Part shown: positions 28,844 to 38,778 of the stretch, one piece after another
Layout: the number at the start of each line of letters is the position of its first letter
How positions within the stretch are numbered: the first letter of the stretch is position 1
Assembly (NCBI GenBank): GCA_937921685.1
Contig: CAKZUF010000002.1
Coordinates: 19,236 to 83,235, forward strand
DNA: 64,000 nt
Direction: 5' to 3'
Source of the DNA: an uncultured archaeon
GTDB lineage: Archaea > Thermoproteota > Nitrososphaeria_A > Caldarchaeales > Calditenuaceae
Notes under the pieces: model-generated
The model's database searches: none
What the model was told of the DNA's origin: nothing
What the model saw: only the letters and a program-made list of their open reading frames with translations
Translations under genes and position numbers: made by a program

Positions 28844-29680
28844 ATGTATAGGATCGGTGAAAAGCCCTACCCAACGAAAATAATGCGTGACAAACTATAC
28901 GAGCTCATACTTAGGGGGGAGAGGCTGGATGGTCGGGGCCCATACCAGTACCGCCCCCTCGAGCTCAAGACAGCGATCATAGAGAAGGCTGACGGCTCCG
29001 CCATGGTAAACCTAGGGGGAACGAAGATCATTGCGGGTGTGAAGACGGCGCTAGGGCAGCCCTACCCCGACACTCCCGACCAAGCAAACATAGTTGTTAA
29101 CGCAGAGCTCCTCCCCCTCGCGTCAAGCTTTTTCGAGCCAGGGCCACCTGACGAGAAGGCGATAGAGCTTGCCCGAGTCGTTGACAGGTGTATCAGAGAG
29201 TCTAAAATGCTTGAGCTCGAGAAGCTCGTCTACATACCGGGGAGAAGCGTCCTAGTAATATACATAGACGTCTACGTTCTCGACTATGACGGCAACTATT
29301 TCGACCCGGCCGTTCTAGCTTCTGTCGCAGCCCTAGCTACCGCCAAGACTCCACTATACGAGGTCAAGAATGGAGAGGTTGTTCTGAATCCAGATATCCG
29401 CCCGAGCCTGCCGATCCGGAAGGTCCCCGTCTCAGTCACAATAGGCCTGCTGGGCGATAAGATACTGGTCGACCCAACATCCCTCGAAGAGTCTGCAATC
29501 GACACATCAATCGTCATCGGCTGGTCGGATGAGGACGAGATGGCCGCGATACAGAAGAACCTCCAAGGCTTGATACAGTTGAGTGTTATGGATGAGATTA
29601 TCCGGGTCTCGAGGGAGAAATCAATAGAGCTGCGTACCAAGCTGATGGAGGCTATTGGCAGGGTTGGGGCACCGCTGTAG
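28844..29680 (+). CDS. rrp42: Exosome subunit Rrp42 (RNase PH-like, inactive)
   Basis: RLDGRGPYQYRPLELKTAIIEKADGSAMVNLGGTKI. Follows rrp41. Confidence 0.85.
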   Translation: MYRIGEKPYPTKIMRDKLYELILRGERLDGRGPYQYRPLELKTAIIEKADGSAMVNLGGTKIIAGVKTALGQPYPDTPDQANIVVNAELLPLASSFFEPGPPDEKAIELARVVDRCIRESKMLELEKLVYIPGRSVLVIYIDVYVLDYDGNYFDPAVLASVAALATAKTPLYEVKNGEVVLNPDIRPSLPIRKVPVSVTIGLLGDKILVDPTSLEESAIDTSIVIGWSDEDEMAAIQKNLQGLIQLSVMDEIIRVSREKSIELRTKLMEAIGRVGAPL

Positions 29681-29746
29681 CATCTTGCCCACCAGCCCAG
29701 CTTGGCGATGGATATATAATATGCCGAGGGTTGGTGGGTTGCGGAG

Positions 29747-29968
29747 ATGAGGGCAGGAGCAGGGGTGACGAAGAGGTTTGGGGCGCGGTATGGAGCGAGG
29801 CTGCGGAAAAAGGTTGAGGAGATAGAGCTAGAACAGAGGGCCATACACATATGCGACAGGTGTGGGAGGAAGGCGGTTAGAAGGGTTTCAGTCGGCGTAT
29901 GGGAGTGTAGAAAATGCGGTCACAAATTTGCCGCGGGGGCCTGGTCGCCCAAGCTGACATCCAAATAA
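29747..29968 (+). CDS. rpl37ae: Ribosomal protein L37Ae (eL43)
   Basis: RFGARYGARLRKKV plus zinc ribbon CDRCGRK...WECRKCGHKFAAGAW. Confidence 0.85.
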   Translation: MRAGAGVTKRFGARYGARLRKKVEEIELEQRAIHICDRCGRKAVRRVSVGVWECRKCGHKFAAGAWSPKLTSK

Positions 29969-30002
29969 CGTTTTAATTCATCTGAGTTTTCTCTCACATG
30001 GT

Positions 30003-30368
30003 GTGTCGAGCTTGTCGAGCGGTCAGATCCCACCTAGCATTCAACAACAGATCGCTAGGCTGCAGCAGCTCCAGCAGACCCTAAGCGTAATACTCGCAGA
30101 GAAGCAGAGACTACAGTCTGAGCTGGAGGAGATTAACCAAGCTTTGGAGGAGCTGGGTAAGAGTGCCGACAACGTAGCAGTGTATAAGGCGGTAGGCCCT
30201 ATACTTATCCAGACGACAAAGGAGAAGATTTTAAGCGAGCTTTCCGAGAAGAGGGACTTAAACGACACTAGGCTAAAGGTGATAGAGAAGCAGGAGGCCA
30301 GAACGAGGTCCCAGCTTGAGGCTCTCCAGAAGGAGTTACAGTCTATGCTCGGCCAGAGACAGGAGTAG
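30003..30368 (+). CDS. pfdB: Prefoldin beta subunit
   Basis: Coiled-coil / beta-hairpin / coiled-coil layout: QQQIARLQQLQQ...AVYKAVGPILIQTTKEK...LEALQKELQ. Confidence 0.8.
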   Translation: MSSLSSGQIPPSIQQQIARLQQLQQTLSVILAEKQRLQSELEEINQALEELGKSADNVAVYKAVGPILIQTTKEKILSELSEKRDLNDTRLKVIEKQEARTRSQLEALQKELQSMLGQRQE

Positions 30369-30440
30369 GGCATCTCTAACAACAGCCTAGGCGTACTGTG
30401 GTAAAGTTATCAGGTCGCCGAGACTGTAGTTGTTTAGACT

Positions 30441-31439
30441 ATGAGGGAGCCGGCTCTTATAGCCCAGATACTGGAGACGCTTAAAGGCCTGAGGGGCAGG
30501 GCGGTAGCTATACTGCTACACCTAGGCGGAGACCCAGACTCCCTTGCAAGCGCCTACGTCCTGTCCGGCATGCTCCCCACCCTGTCTATCATCCCGAGGG
30601 GAATAGCAGTACCAAACCACATAAGCGACTATACGGAGAGGATGGCTGACGTCATGGGGGTGGATTTGAAGAGCGACCTACCCGGGGCTGAGGCCTATAT
30701 TGCCATAGACGTTGGCTCACCCTCCCAGCTCGCCGAATTTTACGAGAAGGTCGGTGAGGAGCTTATTGTGATAGACCACCATGAGAAGGGGGGCGAGCAG
30801 TTCAAGGGGCGTGTTTTTTGCTCCACAAAATACCAGTCCACTAGTGAGATAGTTATAGAGCTGGCCGAGATGGCCGGCTACAGGCTGAACAGCTCCGAGG
30901 CCTCAGCCCTTTTCGCCGGCATATATTATGACACAGTCAGGCTCACAGTCGCTGATCCTGAAACACTCAGAAAGATCGGGCTGCTCGGAGAACTGGGGGC
31001 AAACCCAAGGGCATTCATGCAAAGGATCGAATCCCCCATCGACTACTCCGAGAGGGTGGCGAGGATTAAGGCTGTCAAGAGGGCTGAGTTCTACAGGTGT
31101 GGTGATGTGGTGATTGGTGTGACGCGTGTGAGCGCTTTTAAGCCCTCTGCCGCACGCTCTCTCCTAGCCGTTGGATCGCACATAGCGCTGGTTGGAGACG
31201 AGGTGGACGGGGAGGTTGAAGTGACCATGCGGCAGGTTCCAGAGATTTTCGACCAGCTGAATCTAAACTTGGCGAGAGATGTTGTGGAGCCAATCGCGAA
31301 ATCTCTCTCAGGCAGCGGAGGTGGGCACGCGGCCGCGGCCAAACTACGCGTAAAAGGCAGCCTAGACCGTGTACTCGAGCTCTGTGTGAACCACATATCC
31401 TACCTTCTCGGAGCTTCACCCACGAGGGTAGCCGATTGA
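30441..31439 (+). CDS. DHH/DHHA1 family phosphoesterase (NrnA/RecJ-like)
   Basis: Motifs HLGGDPDSLAS, IAIDVG, VIDHHE and DHHA1 GSGGGHAAAA. 332 aa. Confidence 0.75.
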   Translation: MREPALIAQILETLKGLRGRAVAILLHLGGDPDSLASAYVLSGMLPTLSIIPRGIAVPNHISDYTERMADVMGVDLKSDLPGAEAYIAIDVGSPSQLAEFYEKVGEELIVIDHHEKGGEQFKGRVFCSTKYQSTSEIVIELAEMAGYRLNSSEASALFAGIYYDTVRLTVADPETLRKIGLLGELGANPRAFMQRIESPIDYSERVARIKAVKRAEFYRCGDVVIGVTRVSAFKPSAARSLLAVGSHIALVGDEVDGEVEVTMRQVPEIFDQLNLNLARDVVEPIAKSLSGSGGGHAAAAKLRVKGSLDRVLELCVNHISYLLGASPTRVAD

Positions 31440-32278
31440 ACTTGGCAATAGAGGTCTCAAACCTCTCATTCAGATATGCGGGAGCCGGGCAGTGGGCCCT
31501 CAAGAACATCTCCCTCTCAATAGAGGAGGGAGAATTTGCGGTATTCACAGGTGCGACAGGGTGTGGGAAGTCTACCCTGTTCAAATGTCTTATCGGCCTC
31601 ATTCCACAGATGTATCCCGGCGAGTATCTGGGCCGCGTAGTGGTTAAGGGACTTGACCCTGCCCAGACGCCGGTAAGCAGGATGGCACAAAGGGTAGGCA
31701 TGGTTTTCCAGAACCCGGATAACCAGCTCTTCGCCCTAACCGTGGAGAATGATGTCGCATTCGCGCTTGAGAACTTAGGTCTTGAGAGGGCAGAGATTGA
31801 GAGGAGGATTTCCAAAGCCTTCAGGATGATGGGTATAGAGGACCTGAGAAAACGCTCACCTTTCGAGCTTTCAGGCGGCCAGAAACAGAGGGTCGCAATA
31901 GCCTCCATACTCGCCCTAGAGCCAGAGATACTAATTCTAGACGAGCCCACATCATCTCTAGACGGTGCAACTGCAAAGAAGCTGTTAGAGGAGCTAGGAG
32001 AGATTAGGAGGAGGGAGGACATAACTGTCCTGATCTCAGAGCATCGGCTCGACTTAGTTGTCCGGGAGGCGACACGGCTAATAGTCATTGAAGGGGGGCA
32101 GATATTGGCTGACGGCGAGCCCAGAGAGGTCGTGCACCAGCTCTTGAAGGACGGTTACGAGAGGGTCGAGCCCCCAAAACTCTCTCGGCTAGCTTGGATG
32201 CTGGGGTTCCGCGGCGCGAACAGTATCCCAGTGACTAAGGAAGAGTTTGTTGAGAAACTTCAGGGGGTGGGAAAGTGA
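31436..32278 (+). CDS. ecfA1: ECF transporter ATPase component (EcfA/CbiO)
   Basis: Walker A GATGCGKST, signature LSGGQKQRVAIA, Walker B ILILDEPTS. Confidence 0.85.
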   Translation: MNLAIEVSNLSFRYAGAGQWALKNISLSIEEGEFAVFTGATGCGKSTLFKCLIGLIPQMYPGEYLGRVVVKGLDPAQTPVSRMAQRVGMVFQNPDNQLFALTVENDVAFALENLGLERAEIERRISKAFRMMGIEDLRKRSPFELSGGQKQRVAIASILALEPEILILDEPTSSLDGATAKKLLEELGEIRRREDITVLISEHRLDLVVREATRLIVIEGGQILADGEPREVVHQLLKDGYERVEPPKLSRLAWMLGFRGANSIPVTKEEFVEKLQGVGK

Positions 32279-33123
32279 TTAGGATTGACTCGGTCTGGTA
32301 CGAGTATCCATCCGGCACGGTAGCCCTGCGCAACGTCAATCTTGTCATCGACCGCGGCGAGATCGTCGCGCTCATGGGTGAGAATGGTGCAGGTAAGACA
32401 ACCCTCCTCAAACACCTCAACGGCCTACTCAAGCCAACCTCTGGGAAGGTTGAGGTGGACGGGGTAGACACTAGGACGACAACAGTGGCCTCGCTGTCTA
32501 GGCATGTCGGCCTCGTCTTCCAAAACCCTGACAACATGTTCTTCTGTACATCAGTGTTCGAAGAGGTCAGCTACGCCCTTACAAGGTTCGGCTACAGCAG
32601 GGAGGAGGCTAGGAGGCGGGCTGAGGTGGTGCTGAAGACCTTTAATCTCTGGCAATATAGAGACTCGTCGCCGTTTACTCTCAGCGGCGGAGAAAAGAAG
32701 AGGCTTGCAATATCTATTGTTTTGGCTTGGATGCCCAGCTACGTAGTCATCGACGAGCCAACCACGGGTCTTGACGGCTGGGGGAAACGGATGCTCATAA
32801 ACCTACTCCTCAACCTCAAGGATAGAGAGAGAGGCATAATCCTCTCGAGCCACGACGTGGAGTTTATCTCAGAGATAGCGGCGAGGGTGGTGTTGCTACG
32901 GAGGGGGGAGATTATCGCAGATGGGGCGGCGGAAGACATTTTGACGGATCCAGTACTTCTGGAGGAGGCTTCGCTCCTCACCCCCCAGATTCCATCCCTC
33001 TTGCATGAGCTTAAGAAGCGCGGCTTCAGGGACCTTAACCACAAGTGTCTCAGGCTTGATGAGGCTGTCAGATGCCTCTCCGCAATCCTTGGACGGCCCG
33101 ACCAGGGGTGTGATGGGTTCTGA
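32275..33123 (+). CDS. ecfA2: ECF transporter ATPase component (second EcfA)
   Basis: Walker A GENGAGKTT, signature LSGGEKKRLAIS, Walker B YVVIDEPTT. Confidence 0.85.
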   Translation: MIRIDSVWYEYPSGTVALRNVNLVIDRGEIVALMGENGAGKTTLLKHLNGLLKPTSGKVEVDGVDTRTTTVASLSRHVGLVFQNPDNMFFCTSVFEEVSYALTRFGYSREEARRRAEVVLKTFNLWQYRDSSPFTLSGGEKKRLAISIVLAWMPSYVVIDEPTTGLDGWGKRMLINLLLNLKDRERGIILSSHDVEFISEIAARVVLLRRGEIIADGAAEDILTDPVLLEEASLLTPQIPSLLHELKKRGFRDLNHKCLRLDEAVRCLSAILGRPDQGCDGF

Positions 33124-33209
33124 GTCTATCACTCCTTCAGGCGCTCAAGTACAGGAGCCTTGATACGCCCATACACAGACTTGACCCGCGGGTTAAACTG
33201 CTTGCCTCT

Positions 33210-33908
33210 ATGTCTTTTCTGGTCACGGCGCTATTGTTTGGCGAGTATTGGGGAGGCATGCTCACAGTCTCATCCACAATAATACTCACCCAGCTATTAC
33301 TCCTGAGGCTGGCGAAGTCCGCTAGATATATGCTCTCAACGATGCGTGGCGCAATACCCCTTGTCGCGTTAGTTTTTCTTCTAAGCTTACTCGGCGTGCT
33401 AGAGTCTGCGTCGGCGTCTGGCGAACTCCTTTACAAGGCCTCTGCGTCATCGATCAGGTTTCTAGCATTTTTAACGTCATTCAACATCTTCTTCCTCACA
33501 ACGTCACCTGACGAGTTTGGGCAACTCTTATTGAAGCTCAGGATACCATACGTATATTCATTCACCTTTGTTGCGGCGGTCAGGCTAGCACCCGTAATAG
33601 CAGATGAGGCGCAGGAGATAATTGATGCTCAGCGGTCGCGGGGGGTTGAGTTCGAGAAGGGCAACCCTCTCAAGAGGCTGAGAGCGCTTGTCGGATTATT
33701 TGTCCCTCTGCTAATCAACTCGCTCCGCCGCGCATACGAGATGGCTGAGGCGCTGGAGGTCAAGTGTTTCGGCGCTTCTGAGAGGAGGACGGCCTACAGG
33801 GAGATTCGCGCCACGCGGAGGGATATTCTGGCGGCGGTCATGATACTTGCGGCCCTGACACTGGTTTTGACGGCTCGAAGCATGAAGTTGTTCACCGGCC
33901 TTCCCTAG
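33210..33908 (+). CDS. ecfT: ECF transporter transmembrane T component (EcfT/CbiQ); annotated ATG probably truncates the N-terminus
   Basis: TM-rich, with the conserved ARG region AQRSRGVEF. The same frame is open from 33114 and encodes the EcfT N-terminal hallmark DTPIHRLDPRVKLL. No ATG/GTG/TTG lies upstream of it. Confidence 0.75.
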   Translation: MSFLVTALLFGEYWGGMLTVSSTIILTQLLLLRLAKSARYMLSTMRGAIPLVALVFLLSLLGVLESASASGELLYKASASSIRFLAFLTSFNIFFLTTSPDEFGQLLLKLRIPYVYSFTFVAAVRLAPVIADEAQEIIDAQRSRGVEFEKGNPLKRLRALVGLFVPLLINSLRRAYEMAEALEVKCFGASERRTAYREIRATRRDILAAVMILAALTLVLTARSMKLFTGLP

Positions 33909-34878
33909 ACGCTTCCTTTTGAGCCAATATCCACTCTATATCCGAGAGAAGGGCCGAGACTGTAGACTCTCCTGCACCTCTCCCGATCAGGGTGAGGTCA
34001 CCGAGTATCTCCATCTTGAATTGTATAGCATTTAGGGAGCCGTGGACACAGAGGGGGTGGTTAAGCCTTACAAGCCGCGGGGCGACACTCAGCCTGCCTC
34101 CCTCAATACTCCCTACAAGCTTTATTGTCATCCCCAACTCCTTCGCAGCCAAGATCGCATCAGACGTGACCTGTGTTATCCCCTTTACCTTTACATCCTC
34201 CAGCCGCCTATCCGCGCCGAGGAGGGCGTTTGCTAGGATAACCACTTTACAGGCCGAGTCTATCCCCTCCAGGTCGAGGCTTGGGTCCCTCTCTGCAAGC
34301 CCCATCATCTGCGCCTCCTGAAGAGCTAGGTCTAATGGCAGCCCCTCGAAATGCATCCTAGATAATATGTAGTTGGTGGTTCCGTTTAGTATTCCTCTAA
34401 TCGACAATATCCTGTCCCCGCGGAGGGAGTGTCTGGCTAGGGAAAATACAGGTATCCCACCGCCCACGGTGGCCTCGTAGCAGAGGAAGACGCCCATAGA
34501 GCCAGCCAACGAGGTTAGCTCCCTAAACGCCACGACGAGCGGACCCTTATCCGCCGTCACCACATCAATCCCACTCTTAAGGGCCTCGCGAATATACGTC
34601 AGCCCAGGCTCACCACTGTACACGTTCGTGGGGGTGAGGACGACAAGTAAATCGACTAAACCACGCTCAATAACCTCTATCGGGCTTGATGCTTTGAAAC
34701 GCGGGTGGGCCGTTATATCCGCCGGAAGACCATCACTGTCAAATCCTGTAGGGGAGTGTAGGTAGCCTCTCGAGCTGGCGAGAACTGTTAGCGCTAGTCC
34801 GCGCATCTTATAGTTGGTTAAATGCTTCGCAAGCCTCTTACCCAGAAATCCATGCCCAACTATCCCGCAGCGTATCAA
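33892..34878 (-). CDS. hom: Homoserine dehydrogenase
   Basis: N-terminal Rossmann GIVGHGFLG and catalytic-region GILNGTTNYILSRM. Confidence 0.85.
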   Translation of the reverse strand: MIRCGIVGHGFLGKRLAKHLTNYKMRGLALTVLASSRGYLHSPTGFDSDGLPADITAHPRFKASSPIEVIERGLVDLLVVLTPTNVYSGEPGLTYIREALKSGIDVVTADKGPLVVAFRELTSLAGSMGVFLCYEATVGGGIPVFSLARHSLRGDRILSIRGILNGTTNYILSRMHFEGLPLDLALQEAQMMGLAERDPSLDLEGIDSACKVVILANALLGADRRLEDVKVKGITQVTSDAILAAKELGMTIKLVGSIEGGRLSVAPRLVRLNHPLCVHGSLNAIQFKMEILGDLTLIGRGAGESTVSALLSDIEWILAQKEASREGR

Positions 34879-35342
34879 GCCTCCTCACGCACCAAAACGC
34901 AGTTATTCTTCTCGGCCAGTTCCTCGAGGGCCTCGAGTACGGTCTCTCTATCCTCTGAGCTCACACTAAACATGACCCTCATGTGAGGCGACCTACTACC
35001 TCCACCAAACGCGAGACTGATTATCTCGCCCCTCCCCTCGAAAACCTTTTCTAGCCTATCAACACTTAAACTCCCTATAATGATGACAGTCTCGATCCTT
35101 CTTTCAAGCGACTCAGTCCCGAGAACTGGGATCCCAGATTCCTCGATTCCAGCCCTAGCGCGCTCAAAGTGTTCGCGCGATGGAAACTCGACCGAGAGGC
35201 TCACGGGCACATAGCCGCCTGTCAACTGCTCACGATTGTGGACAATAGAGATAATGTTCCCACCGTTCATCGCTATTTTTTCGAGAGCCTTGAGAAGGGT
35301 TCCCGGCCTGTCGGGTAATCCTAGTGTTAGCCTTATCCTCAT
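34875..35342 (-). CDS. ACT-domain regulatory protein
   Basis: LPDRPGTLLKALEKIAMNGGNIISI ACT motif. Translationally coupled upstream of hom. Confidence 0.65.
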   Translation of the reverse strand: MRIRLTLGLPDRPGTLLKALEKIAMNGGNIISIVHNREQLTGGYVPVSLSVEFPSREHFERARAGIEESGIPVLGTESLERRIETVIIIGSLSVDRLEKVFEGRGEIISLAFGGGSRSPHMRVMFSVSSEDRETVLEALEELAEKNNCVLVREEA

Positions 35343-35375
35343 CTCCCTGCTGGACTCCTCTAGACGTAGGGGGAC

Positions 35376-35780
35376 TTAAGAGTTCTTCGCACCTTTTGAG
35401 AGCGTCCTTATAGGCCTCTGGGATTTCGAGTTGAGCCGTATTATCTTCTCTGGCTTATACTGCGGGAGAGGTTTTCTCTCCAGCTCTGAAAGCTCAAACA
35501 GACTGCCGGAGAGCATGTGGCTCAGAGAGCTGAAACGCTTCTGATACTTCCTCTCACTCGGCTTACCCAGATATCCGATCTTCGCCAGCTCTTCGAGGAG
35601 GGAGGAGATGCTCCTCCTAGCCCGGCTATTAGACTTCAACTCTTCTGGTATGTATGGGTCGAGGTCGCCGAGCTTGAACGGGGAGTCGCCGATCGCGTTT
35701 ATCGCGGCGAGAATCTTAGCCACATGCTCCTCCCTAAGATACCTTCGGTTCTTACATAGAAGTTTGAGGATGGGGTTCAA
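35376..35780 (-). CDS. Hypothetical protein
   Basis: 134-aa basic protein sitting where rpsI (S9) is usually found after L13. It is not S9-like. Confidence 0.35.
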   Translation of the reverse strand: MNPILKLLCKNRRYLREEHVAKILAAINAIGDSPFKLGDLDPYIPEELKSNSRARRSISSLLEELAKIGYLGKPSERKYQKRFSSLSHMLSGSLFELSELERKPLPQYKPEKIIRLNSKSQRPIRTLSKGAKNS

Positions 35781-35848
35781 GCTTAGGCGCCTCCAATCAA
35801 GGGGGTCCCCGGTATAAAAGATGTTTCCAAGCGCGGTCAGCTAATTCA

Positions 35849-36334
35849 CTACCGCGACCCTCCACCCTTCAACAGCTCAGAAAGCTCAGCGAGAGTCAGA
35901 GTCCTGATGACCCGCCCCGAACGGCTTATCCCCGATTTGTGGAGAGCGTCCTCAAACCTTGTGAAAGTCACTCTCTCAAGACCCTCAGGGACCCCAGAGT
36001 GAACCCTAAGCCGGCTTAAGGCCTCCCTCCCCTTAGGTTTCTTCCTAGGCAGCATCCTAGCTATCGTATACCAGAGGATACGTTCAGGCCTCCGCGGATA
36101 CCAGACCTGCGGCTCCTCGATGCTGGAATACCACGTCCGCCCAATCAGCTTAAGGTAGCGTTCCAGAATGGCCTTCTTGCTTCCTGTCACCAAAACTTTT
36201 TCAGCATTGACAACCACTACCCTTCTACCTGAAAGAAGCATTTTAGCCACCTTTGACGCAAGCCTCCCGAGACGGTGACCCGCCCCGTCCACCACTACAG
36301 CATCCTCCCCTACGGCTTGAGCCATACTCCTCAC
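35849..36334 (-). CDS. rpl13: Ribosomal protein L13 (uL13)
   Basis: VVDGAGHRLGRLASKVAKMLLSGRRVVVVNAEKVLVTG. Confidence 0.85.
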   Translation of the reverse strand: MRSMAQAVGEDAVVVDGAGHRLGRLASKVAKMLLSGRRVVVVNAEKVLVTGSKKAILERYLKLIGRTWYSSIEEPQVWYPRRPERILWYTIARMLPRKKPKGREALSRLRVHSGVPEGLERVTFTRFEDALHKSGISRSGRVIRTLTLAELSELLKGGGSR

Positions 36335-36337
36335 ACC

Positions 36338-36679
36338 TCACCCCACAATTATCAATCCTTTACCGTCACCGCCACGCTCTATATACTCCTCCAAGTAGTA
36401 CGCCTCGCCCCCGGCATTCAACACCTTTCGATAAGCCGCGTCGGAGAAGTCGAATGCAACTACTTTCAGCGGCTTCTCTAGAACGCCCACGCCCAATAGC
36501 TTACCGACGACTAGCACGCCACCACCCGCCGGCGCGACTCTATTTAGATGATATATATTGACGACTCGTCTACTCCTTGCGGAGGACTCGAGGTGTTTCA
36601 AGACGGCCGCCCAGAACCTGCTCCGCCTTGCCAGCCTCCTCACCTTTGCCCTGAGGAGTTTATCCCTCTCCCCCGCCAT
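36338..36679 (-). CDS. rpl18e: Ribosomal protein L18e (eL18)
   Basis: RRVVNIYHLNRV...VLVVGKLLGVG...KVVAFDFSDAAYRKVLNAGGE. Confidence 0.8.
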   Translation of the reverse strand: MAGERDKLLRAKVRRLARRSRFWAAVLKHLESSARSRRVVNIYHLNRVAPAGGGVLVVGKLLGVGVLEKPLKVVAFDFSDAAYRKVLNAGGEAYYLEEYIERGGDGKGLIIVG

Positions 36680-37316
36680 TCCCTATCACCTTTTCCAGAC
36701 TATTCTCAAGCTCAGTGACACTCTCCTCAAATATCTTCGCTGCCTCCAACAGTATCCTCCTGGGAGGGAGTTGGCCGAAAGACTCCACATACAGGACCCT
36801 TTTCCCATCCTCCTCGTAGAGTGTCGCTATGCCGGGCTGCCATTTGGCATGTCTTCTACCCTTCCCGAGCCGTACATAAAGCTCCAGCTCAACACTCTGC
36901 CCAGGTGCAAGTTTAACGATCTGGAACTCCCCGCTTATGGGCTTGACAATATCCGAGCCGCTTTCACGGACGAGTTCGGAGGAATAAACCGTCAACATCT
37001 CATTCGCGGCTGCGGACCTTAGCGAGAACCTTACGCTACACTTGTCGCAGCCTAAGTTGCTCCCACAGTCACAATCCTCAGGGAGTACATAATTGTCAAG
37101 GTCCGTCACAAATGGGATGAGTGAGATACGGTGGGTCAGGACCTCGTTGGTCAGTATAGAGGTATTCTCTATGACTAAGACCTCCTCAACAGCCATAGTG
37201 GGCACCTCGTTCAAGATAAGCCTCCTGATAGCATTACCCATGCTGAGAGGCACGTCTAAAAGCTCCAGCCGGAGCCAGTTTTCCCCCTCGCCTGCGATTC
37301 TAACTTGGTAGTGCAC
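36660..37316 (-). CDS. rpoD: DNA-directed RNA polymerase subunit D (Rpo3)
   Basis: LSMGNAIRRLILNEVPTMAVEEV dimerisation motif and Cys-rich domain-3 insert CDCGSNLGCDKC. Upstream of L18e-L13 as in the conserved operon. Confidence 0.85.
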   Translation of the reverse strand: MHYQVRIAGEGENWLRLELLDVPLSMGNAIRRLILNEVPTMAVEEVLVIENTSILTNEVLTHRISLIPFVTDLDNYVLPEDCDCGSNLGCDKCSVRFSLRSAAANEMLTVYSSELVRESGSDIVKPISGEFQIVKLAPGQSVELELYVRLGKGRRHAKWQPGIATLYEEDGKRVLYVESFGQLPPRRILLEAAKIFEESVTELENSLEKVIGNGGGEG

Positions 37317-37600
37317 ACCAGCCTAAACCCAAGCCTGAGCACGTATTAAACTCTCCCGCCCCACTAAAAAGCCCCAGAATAAATAGATTTACGAATAATC
37401 ACGTAGGCGCCTCTACATCGCATTGCCTACACCTCGAAAAGTAGCGGCATACTAGCCACATCAAGATAGCCGTATCTCCTACAGGTGAAAGGATTAGTAG
37501 CATTGACGGCATACTTCTCAAATTACGGGGGCGAGATGCAATACCTCGCTGAGAGTATTTCTATTTTAATGGTTAAATTCGGCGGCAGACGCCTCGACGT

Positions 37601-38425
37601 ATGGCCGGCGTTATTGAGGTATTGGTCATATCTGTCCTCGCCGGGTTTATAGGGGCTATAACAGGGCTTGGGGGAGCTAGCATAACGACACCTCTACTTA
37701 CTCTTCTAGGAGTCCCCATAAAAAACGCAATAGCCGCGGGTATGGTTTCAATCATAGCAACCTCAAGCGGGTCCGCTTCAGGCTATGTCAGGCGCGGATT
37801 ATCCGACGTCAAGGCAGCAATGTTCCTGGAAATGTTCACCATAATGGGGGCTCTAATTGGAGCTACGGTGACGCTCTACGTGGAAGCCCGCTACCTTTAC
37901 TTCTTTTTCGCGGGATTTCTGCTTACTTCTTTCATAGGCTTGAGAGCTATCAAGGAAGAGCTGCCGACCGTTGTTTCTCAAGATAGGCTGGCTCGGTGGC
38001 TCGACCTGTCAGGCTCATACTATGATGAACGTCTCGGCCGAGAGGTTAGATACCAGTTGACACGGCCGTTGCTGGGTGGGGCTGGCATGTTTGTCGCGGG
38101 TGTGGCGGCTGGCATGCTGGGTATAGGCGCCGGCGCCTTCAAGGTGGCGGTCCACGAGTTGGTTCTCAAGATGCCTTCCAAAGTCTCGTCTGCGACCAGC
38201 AACTTCATAATCGGTATGACCGCCCTAGCTGGTGCAAGCGTATACTTTAACTCCGGTCTCCTCTACTTGGACCTCGCGGCACCAATGGCCGTTGGGACGA
38301 CGTTAGGCGCCGTGGTCGGCTCAAAGGTTTTACGAAAGCTCAGCAACAGATCTACAAGAATTCTCTTTCTAATCGTGGTCCTCTACATAATGGTCCAGAT
38401 GGTTGTTAGAGGTGTCATGGGTTGA
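37601..38425 (+). CDS. TauE/SafE (DUF81) family anion exporter
   Basis: About 8 TM helices with repeated GxGGGxxxxP-like segments (ITGLGGASITTPLL, GIGAGAFKV). Confidence 0.7.
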   Translation: MAGVIEVLVISVLAGFIGAITGLGGASITTPLLTLLGVPIKNAIAAGMVSIIATSSGSASGYVRRGLSDVKAAMFLEMFTIMGALIGATVTLYVEARYLYFFFAGFLLTSFIGLRAIKEELPTVVSQDRLARWLDLSGSYYDERLGREVRYQLTRPLLGGAGMFVAGVAAGMLGIGAGAFKVAVHELVLKMPSKVSSATSNFIIGMTALAGASVYFNSGLLYLDLAAPMAVGTTLGAVVGSKVLRKLSNRSTRILFLIVVLYIMVQMVVRGVMG

Positions 38426-38778
38426 GTCAAAGGCTGGAGTCCTTGATAGGCTTGGTGCTCGCAACCGGTGTCATTCTAAGCTTAGCCGTCTTGGTCATTG
38501 CCTTGGGATTTTACCTAGCTTATACTGGTCCTGAAATAGTCTTAAGCGACAAATACCGCGTAATTTCGCCAAACTTCATCGAGTATGTGAAAAACCTAGT
38601 TAACATGGATTTTGGGACTAAGGGCCTAATGTCGATAGGCCTAATTTTACTGATGCTCACTCCCTACGCCCGCGTTGTCGCATCATTCACATACTTCGTA
38701 GCAAAACGCGACCTGAAATATTCCTTGATAACGGCCATCGTTCTAGTAGTGTTGACGATAAGCCTACTAATACATTAA
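38422..38778 (+). CDS. DUF1634-like small membrane protein (usual DUF81 partner)
   Basis: 118 aa with 3-4 TM helices, translationally coupled to the TauE gene. Confidence 0.55.
   Translation: MSQRLESLIGLVLATGVILSLAVLVIALGFYLAYTGPEIVLSDKYRVISPNFIEYVKNLVNMDFGTKGLMSIGLILLMLTPYARVVASFTYFVAKRDLKYSLITAIVLVVLTISLLIH

Noticed and set aside
30003-30022. Tandem 9-nt duplication (tgtcgagct tgtcgagcg) at the start of the prefoldin beta gene
   Set aside because: It simply encodes SSLSS at a poorly conserved N-terminus. It is too short to interpret.
31138-32088. 316-aa minus-strand ORF overlapping the DHH and ecfA1 genes
   Set aside because: It is antisense to two genes with clear Walker/DHH motifs. Its composition is Ser/Arg/Pro-rich with no motif. 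The same reasoning applies to 28222-28752, 29296-29850, 39306-39773, 4258-4740 and similar track entries.
37430-37575. Short hairpins (GTAGGC..GCCTAC; GCGAG..CTCGC followed by a T-rich run) as a possible ncRNA or terminator between rpoD and the TauE gene
   Set aside because: The stems are only 5-6 bp. The T-rich run doubles as the likely TATA box of the TauE gene, and no independent promoter evidence exists.
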